This document shows positions 20,222 to 29,046 of a stretch of 46,226 bases of DNA, piece by piece. The notes beneath the pieces are model-generated. The model worked only from the letters and a program-made list of their open reading frames with translations, was not told where the DNA came from and did not search any database. Made by a program: the position numbers and the translations under genes. The stretch's first letter is position 1. Each line of letters starts with the position of its first letter. This DNA comes from Opitutaceae bacterium (lineage in GTDB: Bacteria > Verrucomicrobiota > Verrucomicrobiia > Opitutales > Opitutaceae), in assembly GCA_005786775.1 (NCBI GenBank), contig SYDD01000055.1:1-46226 (forward strand), written 5' to 3'.

Positions 20222-20487
20222 CGGTGGCTGACTTGGGTGGGAAGCAATGCGCCCGCCGCGGGCAGGAAGACCGGGACGGGAGGGTCCCTCAGAGGGCCGC
20301 GCGAGGCCGCCCGAGGCAAGTGCAAATCCGTGGATGCCGGCCGGGTGCGGGCCGATGGCGAAGGCGGTGCGGTTGGGTTTATCCGCGGGAGTTTTGGCTC
20401 GACTTTTGGGCTTAAGCTGCTTGCCTCAAACGATTTTCCGCCGCCGGCGGTTGTTCTTAATCACGTGGCGCGCCCCGTCTTTCCTTC

Positions 20488-21834
20488 ATGAGCAGCAAAC
20501 GCAACATTCCCACCCGCCGCTTCGTCAAGCCGTCGTTCAATTTCCTGATCGAGAAGAAACGCGACGGGGGTGAATTCACGCAGGAGGAGATCCGTTACAT
20601 TATCGACAGTACGCTGGATGGAGAGATGCCCCAGCACCAGCTAGCCGCGCTCGCGATGGCCATCTACTTCTCCGGGATGTCCGCCCAGGAGACCGCCGAC
20701 CTGACCGAGGAGATGATGCTCTCCGGCGAGGTGATCGATCTCTCCCACATCGCCAAGCCTAAGATCGACAAGTACTCCACTGGCGGGGTCGGCGACAAGA
20801 CTTCCCTAGTGCTGGTGCCCCTGGCGATGGCTTCCGGCGTGCTCGTGCCGATGATGTGCGGCGTCGAGCACGATTATGTGATCAATACGCTGGACAAACT
20901 GGCCTCGATCCCCGGCTTCAAGGGCCAGCAGTCCGCCGAGCAGTTCGTCGCCCAACTCGGCCGCATTGGCGGGGCCATCATCGCGCAGACCGAGGACCTC
21001 GCCCCGGCCGACGCCAAATTTTACGAGCTGCGCAAGGAGACCGGAACCATCCCCAGCCTGCCCCTCATTACTGGTAGCGTCCTGTCTAAAAAGCTCGCCG
21101 AGGGCTCCGAGGGGCTGGTGATCGACGTGAAGTGGGGCAACGGCTCATTTATCAAGGACTTGGAGCAGGCCAAACAGTTGGCCCGCTCGATGACCCGCGT
21201 CGGTCGCTCGATGAAGCGGCGCTGCGTTGCTTTGGTGACGGACATGAATCAGCCGCTCGGCGACACCGTCGGCACCTCGCTGGAGGTCAAGGAAGCGATT
21301 CAGCTCCTCAAGGGCCAGGGCCCGGAGGACATGAAGGAGCTCGTTCTGAAGCTCGGGATGGAGATCGTGCGGCTCGCCGGCGTCGCTGGCTCCACGCTTT
21401 CGGCCAAGCAAACGGTGCAGCGTCACCTAACGGATGGCTCTGCCCTCGAGAAACTTAAGGAGCTGGTCAAGGCGCAGGGCGGCGACACCGCCTATATCGA
21501 TCACCCCGAGAAGTTCCCGGCGGCACGCCACATCCGGAAGCTTCCCGCCCCCAAGCGCGGGTACGTCCATACCATCAACGCGGCGATGATCGCCCGCGGG
21601 GTGCACCTGCTCGGCGCGGGCCGCGACGAGCACCACCCGAAGCTAGACCACTCGGTGGGCGTCTCCGAGGTCAAGAAGGTCGGCACGCAGGTCAAGCAGG
21701 GCGAGCCGCTGATGATGATCCACTACAACGACGAGTCGAAGCTCGAGCAGGCGCTGGAGTACTTTAAGAACGCGTACCGCCTTGCGCCCAAGCGGCCCAC
21801 TCCGCCGCCGCTGATCGTCGAGCGCGTCGCCTAA
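20488..21834 (+). CDS. Thymidine/pyrimidine-nucleoside phosphorylase-family protein with divergent active site
   Basis: Family motifs LIEKKRDG, STGGVGDKTSL, TLDKLASIPGF, LAPAD, SKKLAEG, DVKWGNGSF, TDMNQPLG and LGAGR are present. KHS is replaced by KYS and the SGRGLGHTGGT loop is replaced. Confidence 0.85.
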   Translation: MSSKRNIPTRRFVKPSFNFLIEKKRDGGEFTQEEIRYIIDSTLDGEMPQHQLAALAMAIYFSGMSAQETADLTEEMMLSGEVIDLSHIAKPKIDKYSTGGVGDKTSLVLVPLAMASGVLVPMMCGVEHDYVINTLDKLASIPGFKGQQSAEQFVAQLGRIGGAIIAQTEDLAPADAKFYELRKETGTIPSLPLITGSVLSKKLAEGSEGLVIDVKWGNGSFIKDLEQAKQLARSMTRVGRSMKRRCVALVTDMNQPLGDTVGTSLEVKEAIQLLKGQGPEDMKELVLKLGMEIVRLAGVAGSTLSAKQTVQRHLTDGSALEKLKELVKAQGGDTAYIDHPEKFPAARHIRKLPAPKRGYVHTINAAMIARGVHLLGAGRDEHHPKLDHSVGVSEVKKVGTQVKQGEPLMMIHYNDESKLEQALEYFKNAYRLAPKRPTPPPLIVERVA

Positions 21835-21861
21835 GGTCCCTGCGGGCCTGAGATCCGCGTC

Positions 21862-21892
21862 GAGCCGGGCCGCGAGGCGCGGCTTTTTGTTT
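21862..21892 (+). terminator. Rho-independent terminator after the phosphorylase-like gene
   Basis: AGCCG-G-GCC-GCGA-GGC-G-CGGCT hairpin (GNRA loop) followed by TTTTGTTT. Confidence 0.72.
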
Positions 21893-21925
21893 GGCGCCCC
21901 GGGCCACCTCGCCCTCACTCATTGG

Positions 21926-23149
21926 GTGGAAAAGCCGCCCGCCGCTCCGTCGCCGCCCGTCGATCGATCCAGTTGGCCCCGTCCCTGGGCCCAGTTGAAG
22001 TATTTCACCTTCCAGCCGGCGATCTTCCCGCGGTTGCTGGGCCAAGTTTCACCGGACGCCCGCCCTGGCGACCTCGTCAACGTATTCGACAAGCAGGGCC
22101 GGCCCGCCGGCGCCGGGCTCTACAACCCCCGCGCCAAGATTCCCCTCCGCGTAGTCTGCCATTCCCCGGAGCCGGTGAACGAGGGTTACTTCGAAGGTGC
22201 CCTCCGCCGCGCTGTGGAACTGCGCCGCACCCTGTTCAAGCTCGACGAGGCCACGGAGGCCTACCGCCTCATCAACTCGGACGGCGATGGCCTGAGCGGG
22301 CTCACGGTTGACCGCTATGGGGACACGCTGCTCTGCGAGGTTTACAGTCTGGGCATCGCCCAGCGCCTGCCGGCCTGGCTGCCGCTCCTGCACGAGCTGG
22401 CCGGCACCCGTCACGCCCGGGTCCACGTGGATCACGACCTCGGGAGCCTGGAGGGGATCAAGCCCTCCCTGTTCAAGGAAACCAACGCCGCCGCCCCGGC
22501 GGCCGTCCGCATCCGCGAGCACGGCCTGCGGTACGAGGTGGATTTCGCCGGCGGGCACAAGACCGGCTTTTTCTGCGACCAGCGGGACAATCGGCGCGCC
22601 CTCGCCCGGTTCACCTCCGGTGCCCGCGTCCTCGACCTTTGCTGCTACACCGGCGGCTTCTCCCTCAACGCCAAGCTCACCGGCGGGGCCGACGAGGTGA
22701 CCAGCGTCGACCTCGACGAGGTGGCGATCGCCCAGGCCCGCCGCAATGCGAACCTCAACCAGGCCCGGCTCAAGCTCGTCCACGCGGACGCCTTTGCCTA
22801 CGCCCGGCAGATGCAGGCCAACGGGGAAAAGTGGGACGTGGTGGTGCTCGATCCGCCCAAGTTCATCTTCACCCGCGAGGACCACGGTAACTGGGAGGGG
22901 CGACAGAAATACGAGGACCTCAACCTGCTCGCCCTGTCGCTGGTCCGCCCCGGCGGCATCTTTGTGACCTGCTCCTGCTCCGGCCTGCTGTCGCTCGAGG
23001 ACTTCGAGGCACACGTGATCAAGGCCGCCCACCGGCAGGACCGGCGCTTGCAGTTCCTGGACCGGACCGGGGCGGGTCCGGATCACCCGGTGTACTCCAA
23101 CTGCCTAGAAAGCCGGTACCTGAAGGTGCTCTGGGCGCGGGCGGTCTGA
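21926..23149 (+). CDS. rlmI: Class I SAM-dependent rRNA methyltransferase, RlmI-like (PUA + methyltransferase)
   Basis: Motifs YRLINSDGDGLSGLTVDRY, GHKTGFFCDQRDNR, VLDLCCYTGGFS, VVLDPPKF, TCSCS and DHPV. GTG start chosen downstream of the terminator. Confidence 0.82.
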   Translation: MEKPPAAPSPPVDRSSWPRPWAQLKYFTFQPAIFPRLLGQVSPDARPGDLVNVFDKQGRPAGAGLYNPRAKIPLRVVCHSPEPVNEGYFEGALRRAVELRRTLFKLDEATEAYRLINSDGDGLSGLTVDRYGDTLLCEVYSLGIAQRLPAWLPLLHELAGTRHARVHVDHDLGSLEGIKPSLFKETNAAAPAAVRIREHGLRYEVDFAGGHKTGFFCDQRDNRRALARFTSGARVLDLCCYTGGFSLNAKLTGGADEVTSVDLDEVAIAQARRNANLNQARLKLVHADAFAYARQMQANGEKWDVVVLDPPKFIFTREDHGNWEGRQKYEDLNLLALSLVRPGGIFVTCSCSGLLSLEDFEAHVIKAAHRQDRRLQFLDRTGAGPDHPVYSNCLESRYLKVLWARAV

Positions 23150-23180
23150 ACCCCCCGGCGCCCGGGCCGCGCGGGCGGCC

Positions 23181-23738
23181 TCAGACGCGGCCGAGGTAGC
23201 TGCCGTCGACCGTGCTGACCCGGATCACTTCGCCTTCCTTGATGAAGAGGGGGACCTGGACGACCAGCCCGGTCTCGAGCTTGGCGGGCTTCTGCACGTT
23301 GCTCGCGGTGTCGCCCTTCACGCCGTCTGCCGACTCGATAACCTTTAGGGCCACTGCGGCAGGCACGTCGACCGAAAGCGGCCGCTCATCCACGAAAAGC
23401 ACGTCCACCTTGCCGCCGGCGGCGAGGTAATTCTTCACGTCCCCGAGCTGGGTCTCCGTGAGCTCGATCTGCTCGAACGTGTCATTGTCCATGAACGCAT
23501 AAGTGCCGCGGTCGGCGTAGCTAAATTCCAGCGTCTTCCGATCCGTGGGTAGCACCTCGATGGTGTCTGTGGAGGCGAAACGCTGGTCCAACGCCTTGCC
23601 GTACCTTAGGTTCCGCATCTTGATCTGCACGAACGCGCGCAGATTGCCGGGCGTACGGTGCTGGGTCTCCATGACGAGGTGGGGCTCGCCGTTGAACTTG
23701 ATGACTTGGCCTTTGCGGATGTCGTTGGCTGCGGGCAT
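23181..23738 (-). CDS. efp: Translation elongation factor P (PGNL loop variant)
   Basis: Motifs DIRKGQVI, HRTPGNLRAFVQ, FMDNDTFEQ, GVKGDTAS and KPAKLETGLVVQVPLFIKEGE. Confidence 0.95.
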   Translation of the reverse strand: MPAANDIRKGQVIKFNGEPHLVMETQHRTPGNLRAFVQIKMRNLRYGKALDQRFASTDTIEVLPTDRKTLEFSYADRGTYAFMDNDTFEQIELTETQLGDVKNYLAAGGKVDVLFVDERPLSVDVPAAVALKVIESADGVKGDTASNVQKPAKLETGLVVQVPLFIKEGEVIRVSTVDGSYLGRV

Positions 23739-23782
23739 GGCGGTAGAGTCTCGCGGACGGGGGAAACGGGTTAAAGGGAACG

Positions 23783-23812
23783 AGGGTGGGGTGGGCGCTT
23801 CGCCGCTGTCAA
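23783..23812 (-). promoter_or_regulatory. Putative efp promoter
   Basis: Minus-strand TTGACA (23812-23807), 18 nt spacer, CACCCT (23788-23783), in the divergent efp/lpxC gap. Confidence 0.35.
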
Positions 23813-23879
23813 GGCCGCGGGCGGCGCATCTCCGCGCTTGCGCTGCTCGGGCTGCTGACCGGAAGCTGGCGGCTCAGTC

Positions 23880-25205
23880 ATGAAGCAACGCACCCTCGCG
23901 CGGGAGGTCTCCATCCAGGGCAATGCGCTCCACACGGGGGAGAATGTGACCCTCACTCTCCGGCCGGCGCCGGCGGGCTCCGGCATCGTTTTCCGCCGCG
24001 TAGACCTAAGCGGCAATCCCGAGCTGCGGCCGCGAGTCGATCTCGTCACGGATCTCGTCCGCGCTACCACCATTCAGTCCGGTCACGCCAAAATCCACAC
24101 CGTGGAACACGTCCTCAGTGCGCTGGCGGGCTGCGGCATCGACAACGCGGTGATTGAGATGAACGCCTCCGAGCCACCCATCCTCGACGGCTCGGCCCGG
24201 CCGTTTGTGAATCTTATCCTGCAGGGCGAGCCGGTGGAGCAGGAGGCAGATCGCGAGTACTTCGAGCTCGACGCGCCGGTGTCGGTCACCCGCGGTAACT
24301 CCTCGATTATCGCGCTGCCTTGCGACCAGTTTAAGGTTTCCTGCACCTCCGCCGACGACCGCGGCATCCACACCCAGCACCTGTCGCTGACGATCGACCC
24401 GGATGTCTTCATGACCCAGGTGGCGGCGGCGCGCACCTTCACGGTTTACGAGGACATCGAGTCGCTGCTGAAGCTGGGCAAGATCAAGGGCGGTTCCCTC
24501 GACTGCGCGGTGGTGATCCGGGGTGACAAGATTATCTCGAAGGAGCCGCTGCGCTTCGCGGACGAATTCGTACGGCACAAGATCCTCGACATCATCGGGG
24601 ACCTCTCGCTGCTCGGGCTGCCGCTCAAGGCTCACATTGTCGCGACCCGCCCGGGCCACGCGATCAACGCCGAGCTGACCAAGGCGCTCGCCGCGAAGCT
24701 GGAGGAGCGCCGCAAGACGCCCAAACGCAAGGCGCGTCCGACGACGGTGCTGGCGACAGAGACCTCCCTCGATATTCGGCGCATCCTAGACACGATTCCC
24801 CACCGCTATCCGTTTGTAATGATCGATCGGGTATTGGAGTTCATCGGCAACGACGAGCTGGTCGCGATTAAGAACGTGACGATCAACGAGCCCTACTTCA
24901 CGGGGCACTTTCCGGCTAATCCGGTGATGCCCGGGGTCCTACAGCTCGAAGCGATGGCGCAGGCCGCTGGCATCGTCATGCTCCGGCGCACGGGCAACAG
25001 CGGGAAGACGGCGTTCTTCATGAGCGCGGACAAGGTGAAGTTCCGCCGGCCGGTGCGCCCCGGGGACCAGATCATCATCAACGCCAAGATCACGAAGGTT
25101 CGGGGCGACAAGCTCGCCGCGGCGGAGTGCAACTGCACGGTCGGCGGCCAAGTGGTTTCCTCCGCGGAGCTGATGTTTGCGGTGGTCGAGGAGGGGGAAG
25201 AGTAG
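23880..25205 (+). CDS. lpxC: Bifunctional LpxC (UDP-3-O-acyl-GlcNAc deacetylase) / FabZ (3-hydroxyacyl-ACP dehydratase)
   Basis: LpxC motifs [27 protein letters not shown] and [10 protein letters not shown]. FabZ motifs [11 protein letters not shown] and [22 protein letters not shown]. Confidence 0.95.
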   Translation: MKQRTLAREVSIQGNALHTGENVTLTLRPAPAGSGIVFRRVDLSGNPELRPRVDLVTDLVRATTIQSGHAKIHTVEHVLSALAGCGIDNAVIEMNASEPPILDGSARPFVNLILQGEPVEQEADREYFELDAPVSVTRGNSSIIALPCDQFKVSCTSADDRGIHTQHLSLTIDPDVFMTQVAAARTFTVYEDIESLLKLGKIKGGSLDCAVVIRGDKIISKEPLRFADEFVRHKILDIIGDLSLLGLPLKAHIVATRPGHAINAELTKALAAKLEERRKTPKRKARPTTVLATETSLDIRRILDTIPHRYPFVMIDRVLEFIGNDELVAIKNVTINEPYFTGHFPANPVMPGVLQLEAMAQAAGIVMLRRTGNSGKTAFFMSADKVKFRRPVRPGDQIIINAKITKVRGDKLAAAECNCTVGGQVVSSAELMFAVVEEGEE

Positions 25206-25206
25206 G

Positions 25207-25998
25207 ATGGCCGTCCGGATTCATCCCACGGCCATCATCGAGCCGGGCGCCCGCCTCGGCGTGGATGTCGAGATCGGTGCTTACGCCTACGTCGGTCTGG
25301 AGGTGGTACTCGGAGATCGTACTCGCCTGCATCACCACGCCTCGGTTGAGGGCGACACGTGGCTCGGCGCTGCGTGCGAGGTTTTCCCCTACGCTTGCCT
25401 CGGCGGGCGTACGCAGGACCTGAAGTTTGCCGGCGGGAAGCCCGGACTGCGCGTCGGAGATCGCAATGTATTCCGCGAATACGTGACCCTTCACGCCGCC
25501 ACGCGGGATGGGGACCTGACCCGAGTTGGCTCGGACAACGTGCTGCTGGCCGCTTGCCACGTGGCCCACGACTGCGTGCTGGGAAACCATATCGTGATGA
25601 GCAATGGGGCGGTCCTCGCCGGACATGTGGTGGTGGAGGATCACGTGGTCGTGGGCGGCTACGGCGGGGTGCACCAGTTCTGCCGCCTCGGCGCGCACGC
25701 GATGCTCTCGGCCACGGCTAAGCTGGTCCACGACCTACCGCCCTACTGCCTTGCCGACGGCACCCCGGCCGAGGTGCGGGCAGTAAACCGAGTGGGGCTG
25801 GAGCGGCGCGGCTTCTCTGCGGAGCAACTGGAGCGCGTGAAGCGGATCCACCGGTTCCTCTACCGCGAGGGCCTCAACCGCACGCAGGCGCTGGAGCGGC
25901 TTGCGGCGGATCCCGATGCCGGCTCGGAGGAGTTCCGGCGGATGTTGGAGTTCGCCCGGGCCAGCGAGCGCGGGCTCGCCCGCGGGGCGCGGGGCTAG
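25207..25998 (+). CDS. lpxA: Acyl-ACP--UDP-N-acetylglucosamine O-acyltransferase
   Basis: IHPTAII, hexapeptide repeats, QDLKF, REYVT, HVAHDC, LAGHV and VHQFCRLG. Lies directly after lpxC-fabZ. Confidence 0.94.
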   Translation: MAVRIHPTAIIEPGARLGVDVEIGAYAYVGLEVVLGDRTRLHHHASVEGDTWLGAACEVFPYACLGGRTQDLKFAGGKPGLRVGDRNVFREYVTLHAATRDGDLTRVGSDNVLLAACHVAHDCVLGNHIVMSNGAVLAGHVVVEDHVVVGGYGGVHQFCRLGAHAMLSATAKLVHDLPPYCLADGTPAEVRAVNRVGLERRGFSAEQLERVKRIHRFLYREGLNRTQALERLAADPDAGSEEFRRMLEFARASERGLARGARG

Positions 25999-27413
25999 GC
26001 GAGTGGCTCCCGTTCGACGGCGTCCAGGAGGGCCGTAAGGTCCGCGAGGGTGGTCTGGGGATTCATCAGCGCCGTGCGCAGCCAGCGGCGGCCGCGGAGC
26101 GTCGTCTGCACCAGGTAGTGGCTCCCGTCCGCGAGGATCCGCGCGCGGGCCCGCTCATTCAGGGCATCCACGGCCGCGGGGGCGGTGCCAGGGGGCGTGC
26201 GCCGGAAGCACACGATGTTGGACTCGGGCTCCACCGCGACCTCGAAGCCGGGCCGCTCGCGGATGAGGGCGGCGAAGTCGCGGGCGAGCCGGTGGGCCCG
26301 GCGGACGTGCTCCGCGAACAGCTCCGGATTTCCCCCGCGCCAGAGCGCCGCGATCCGCAGGCTCATACTCAGCTTGGTGCACTCGAACGTGCGCCGGCCG
26401 CTGTCCCACCAGGGCTCCTCCGCGCTGGGGTCGAATAGGTACTGCGCCTCTTGGTTGAAGGCGGCCCACGCGTCGCCCGACTGGCGGAACAGCACGGCAG
26501 TCGCGAGCGCTGGGGTGAGCAGCAGCTTGTGGAAGTCAACCACCGCGGAGTCAGCGCGCTCGATCCCCGTGAGTCGGTCGCGCAGCTCTGGGCAGAAGGC
26601 CGCGGCTGCCCCGTGGGCGCCGTCCACGTGCAGCCAGAGCCCGTGCTGCGCGCAAAAGTCGGCGATCGACTCGATGTCGTCGTAGCTGCCGGTCGAGGTG
26701 GAGCAGGCGGAGGCCACCAACGCGAAGGGGCGGCGACCGCGCCGGCGCGCCTCGGCGAGGGCGGCGGGGAGCAGTTCCGGCCGCAGCTTGAAGCGCGCGT
26801 CGGTGGGCACGGTGATGAGCCCCTCGCGCCCGCCGCCCATCACCTGTACCGCGCGGGCCGTGCAGTAATGGCTTTCCTCCGACGCGATCACGGCCCAGTC
26901 GGGGACCGTGCCGCGCTCAAGGACGGAGGGCCCGAGTCGCCGGTTGCGCGCGGCGAGCAGGGCGGTCAGGTTCGCGAGGGTGCCGCCCGAGGTGAGGAAG
27001 CCGGCGCCGGCGGGCCAGCTAAGCAGCCCGGCGGTGGCCTCGACCACCCAGCGCTCGAGGGCGTTGGCGGCGGGGCCCATCTCGTAGACCCCCATCGCGT
27101 TGTTGAGGAGCTCGCTGGCGAGCCCGGCCAGCGCGGCCTCCGGGGCCGGCGCGCACACCTGGTGGCCCACGTAGCACGGGTGATGAAGTTGGATCGAGCG
27201 CCCGGCGAATTCCCGCAGGAAATCCACCAGCGCGCCGGGCGGTTCGGACATCTTGCGCCGCCAGTGCGCCAGTTCGCCCGCGGGATCCATCGGAGGTAAG
27301 ACGGGCCCCCGCCGCGCCTGCGCGTCCGCCAGCAGGCCGGCCAGCAGGTCCACCACCGCGTGCCCCTCGCGCCGGAAACGCTCCGGGTCGAACGCTGTTT
27401 CCAGGGGGCTCAT
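25995..27413 (-). CDS. Group II pyridoxal-phosphate-dependent amino acid decarboxylase
   Basis: Motifs HHPCYVGHQ, TSGGTLANL, SHYC, TGSYD, WLHVDGAHG and DFHK (PLP lysine). Confidence 0.88.
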   Translation of the reverse strand: MSPLETAFDPERFRREGHAVVDLLAGLLADAQARRGPVLPPMDPAGELAHWRRKMSEPPGALVDFLREFAGRSIQLHHPCYVGHQVCAPAPEAALAGLASELLNNAMGVYEMGPAANALERWVVEATAGLLSWPAGAGFLTSGGTLANLTALLAARNRRLGPSVLERGTVPDWAVIASEESHYCTARAVQVMGGGREGLITVPTDARFKLRPELLPAALAEARRRGRRPFALVASACSTSTGSYDDIESIADFCAQHGLWLHVDGAHGAAAAFCPELRDRLTGIERADSAVVDFHKLLLTPALATAVLFRQSGDAWAAFNQEAQYLFDPSAEEPWWDSGRRTFECTKLSMSLRIAALWRGGNPELFAEHVRRAHRLARDFAALIRERPGFEVAVEPESNIVCFRRTPPGTAPAAVDALNERARARILADGSHYLVQTTLRGRRWLRTALMNPQTTLADLTALLDAVEREPLA

Positions 27414-27420
27414 CGCGGCT

Positions 27421-27885
27421 TCAGGCGCGCTTGTAGACGAGCGCCGGATCGAACAGCCGCTCCCCGGTGAACGCGAGCCTCGGCGTGCCCGCCGCGGCGG
27501 CTTCGAGGTCCTCGAGCCGGCGGTAGAAGCAGGAACGGTAGCCATTGTGGCAGCTGGCGTTGGCGGCGCCGCGCTGCTCGACCTTCAGCAGCAGTACGTC
27601 CTGGTCGCAGTCGGTGCGCAGTTCGCGGACCTCCTGGGTGTTGCCCGACTCCTCGCCTTTCACCCAGAGCTTCTGGCGCGAGCGGCTCCAGTAGGTCGCC
27701 TTGCGGGTCCGCAGCGTGTGGGCGAGCGACTCCGCGTTCATAAAGGCGAACATCAGCACCTCGCCGGTCTGCGCGTCCTGGGTGATGCAGGGGATCAGAC
27801 CATCGGGCCCGAACTTGGGCTGCAGGGTCCGGCCGAGCTCGATCTCGGCCGTGGTCGTGCGGGGAGGGAAGCTGGACTGGCTCAT
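27421..27885 (-). CDS. hisI: Phosphoribosyl-AMP cyclohydrolase
   Basis: Motifs [40 protein letters not shown] and [11 protein letters not shown]. Confidence 0.94.
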   Translation of the reverse strand: MSQSSFPPRTTTAEIELGRTLQPKFGPDGLIPCITQDAQTGEVLMFAFMNAESLAHTLRTRKATYWSRSRQKLWVKGEESGNTQEVRELRTDCDQDVLLLKVEQRGAANASCHNGYRSCFYRRLEDLEAAAAGTPRLAFTGERLFDPALVYKRA

Positions 27886-27944
27886 CGGAAGGCAGAGCAA
27901 GCCGGGCGGCTCCGGGCGAGGCAACCCTAAGCTCGCCGTCGCCC

Positions 27945-28241
27945 TCAGGCGGGCAGCGCGCGCAGGTAATCGTAGGTGTACAGCCCGGTGCGGTGGCCGT
28001 CGCTGAATTCGAAGCGCAGGGCGTAGTTTCCCACTCGCTCCCAGCGCGTGACCTTCACCCCAGGGAACTGCCGCGGCCCATCCCCGCCGTAGCGGTTGCC
28101 CAGAATGTCCCGCTCGCCCTGATTGGCCGCGCTCGGAGAGGCCGCCCGCAGACGCTCCGGCAGAAAATAGGACTCGCCCCCGTCGTCCCAGGCGATCGCG
28201 ACCTCGTCCCCGATGAGCTGGATGTTGACCGGCGTGCGCAC
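27945..28241 (-). CDS. DUF971 / gamma-butyrobetaine hydroxylase N-terminal-like small protein
   Basis: Motifs [14 protein letters not shown] and [28 protein letters not shown] start at 28241. Confidence 0.85.
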   Translation of the reverse strand: MRTPVNIQLIGDEVAIAWDDGGESYFLPERLRAASPSAANQGERDILGNRYGGDGPRQFPGVKVTRWERVGNYALRFEFSDGHRTGLYTYDYLRALPA

Positions 28242-28350
28242 GAGTCGACCGAAACGCCGGCGGAGCCGAAGGCAAACGGCAAACCGACTTCCCAAGGAGT
28301 GAACCGCCGGGCGCTGCCAGCCACCGAATGTGAGTAAGTGAATAACTTCT

Positions 28351-28418
28351 GTGGGGTTCTGGTGGGGAAAGACTTGACCAAAGTGGGAGAAGGTGGGTTG
28401 AAATGGGGCAGTTTGGGG
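28351..28418 (+). promoter_or_regulatory. dcw promoter region with phased TGGG direct repeats (MraZ-binding boxes) and a TTGACC -35-like element
   Basis: TGGG starts at 28352, 28363, 28384, 28394, 28404 and 28414 (10-11 bp period). TTGACC lies at 28374-28379, immediately upstream of mraZ. Confidence 0.75.
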
Positions 28419-28453
28419 CAATTCGCCCTGATTTTGCATTTTTCCCTCCTTTC

Positions 28454-28906
28454 GTGGCACTTGCGGGCAACACCTTCTATACCGGGCTCTTCCGGCATTC
28501 CTTGGACGACAAGGGTCGGTTGACGCTGCCGTCCGCGTGGCGCCAAGCCCACGCGGCGGAGGATCGGTTTTTGGCTACGCCCCATCCGGACGGTTACATC
28601 GCCGTGCTCCCGCCGCGGGAAGTTGAGGTGCTGCACGCCAAGATCTCCGGGATGAAGATGAGCGATGCGAAGGCGCAGGCTTTCGCCGCGCGGTTCTTTT
28701 CCCAAACGCAGGACTTCTCCTTCGACAAGGCCGGCCGCATCGGGCTCTCCGCCGAACTGCTGCGGCACGCGGGGATTGAACGCGAGGCAGTGCTGGTGGG
28801 TACGCTTACCAAGTTCAACATCTACACCCCGGCGCGCTGGCAGCAGGAGGAGGCGCGCGCGGCGGGCGAGCACTTCGGCGATTTGATGCGCCAAATGGAC
28901 ATCTAA
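28454..28906 (+). CDS. mraZ: Division/cell wall cluster transcriptional regulator MraZ
   Basis: Two SpoVT/AbrB repeats, [10 protein letters not shown] and FDKAGRIGL. First gene of the dcw cluster. Confidence 0.92.
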   Translation: MALAGNTFYTGLFRHSLDDKGRLTLPSAWRQAHAAEDRFLATPHPDGYIAVLPPREVEVLHAKISGMKMSDAKAQAFAARFFSQTQDFSFDKAGRIGLSAELLRHAGIEREAVLVGTLTKFNIYTPARWQQEEARAAGEHFGDLMRQMDI

Positions 28907-29046
28907 GATGCGCCGCCCGCTGCCAGCCCATCCCGCCGCTGCACCCCGACCCCCGCTGCTCCCGGGTCCGGCACGCCCGCGCCGGCGCGCGATCCTACGG
29001 CTACGGATGCTGGCGCGGTCGGCGCCGGCGGGGAGAGGAGGCGGCA

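Noticed and set aside
21926-23738. RlmI-like methyltransferase as a possible modifier of the adjacent Asn-type EF-P
   Set aside because: The genes are convergent and the enzyme has standard rRNA m5C methyltransferase motifs. Adjacency alone is not evidence.
23880-25205. LpxC-FabZ fusion as a novelty
   Set aside because: This fusion is already well known in several phyla, including Bacteroidota and Verrucomicrobiota.
27421-28473. 350-aa ORF suggesting a long N-terminal extension or fusion on HisI
   Set aside because: The extension overlaps the DUF971 gene in another frame and the mraZ promoter. The real start is most likely ATG 27885.
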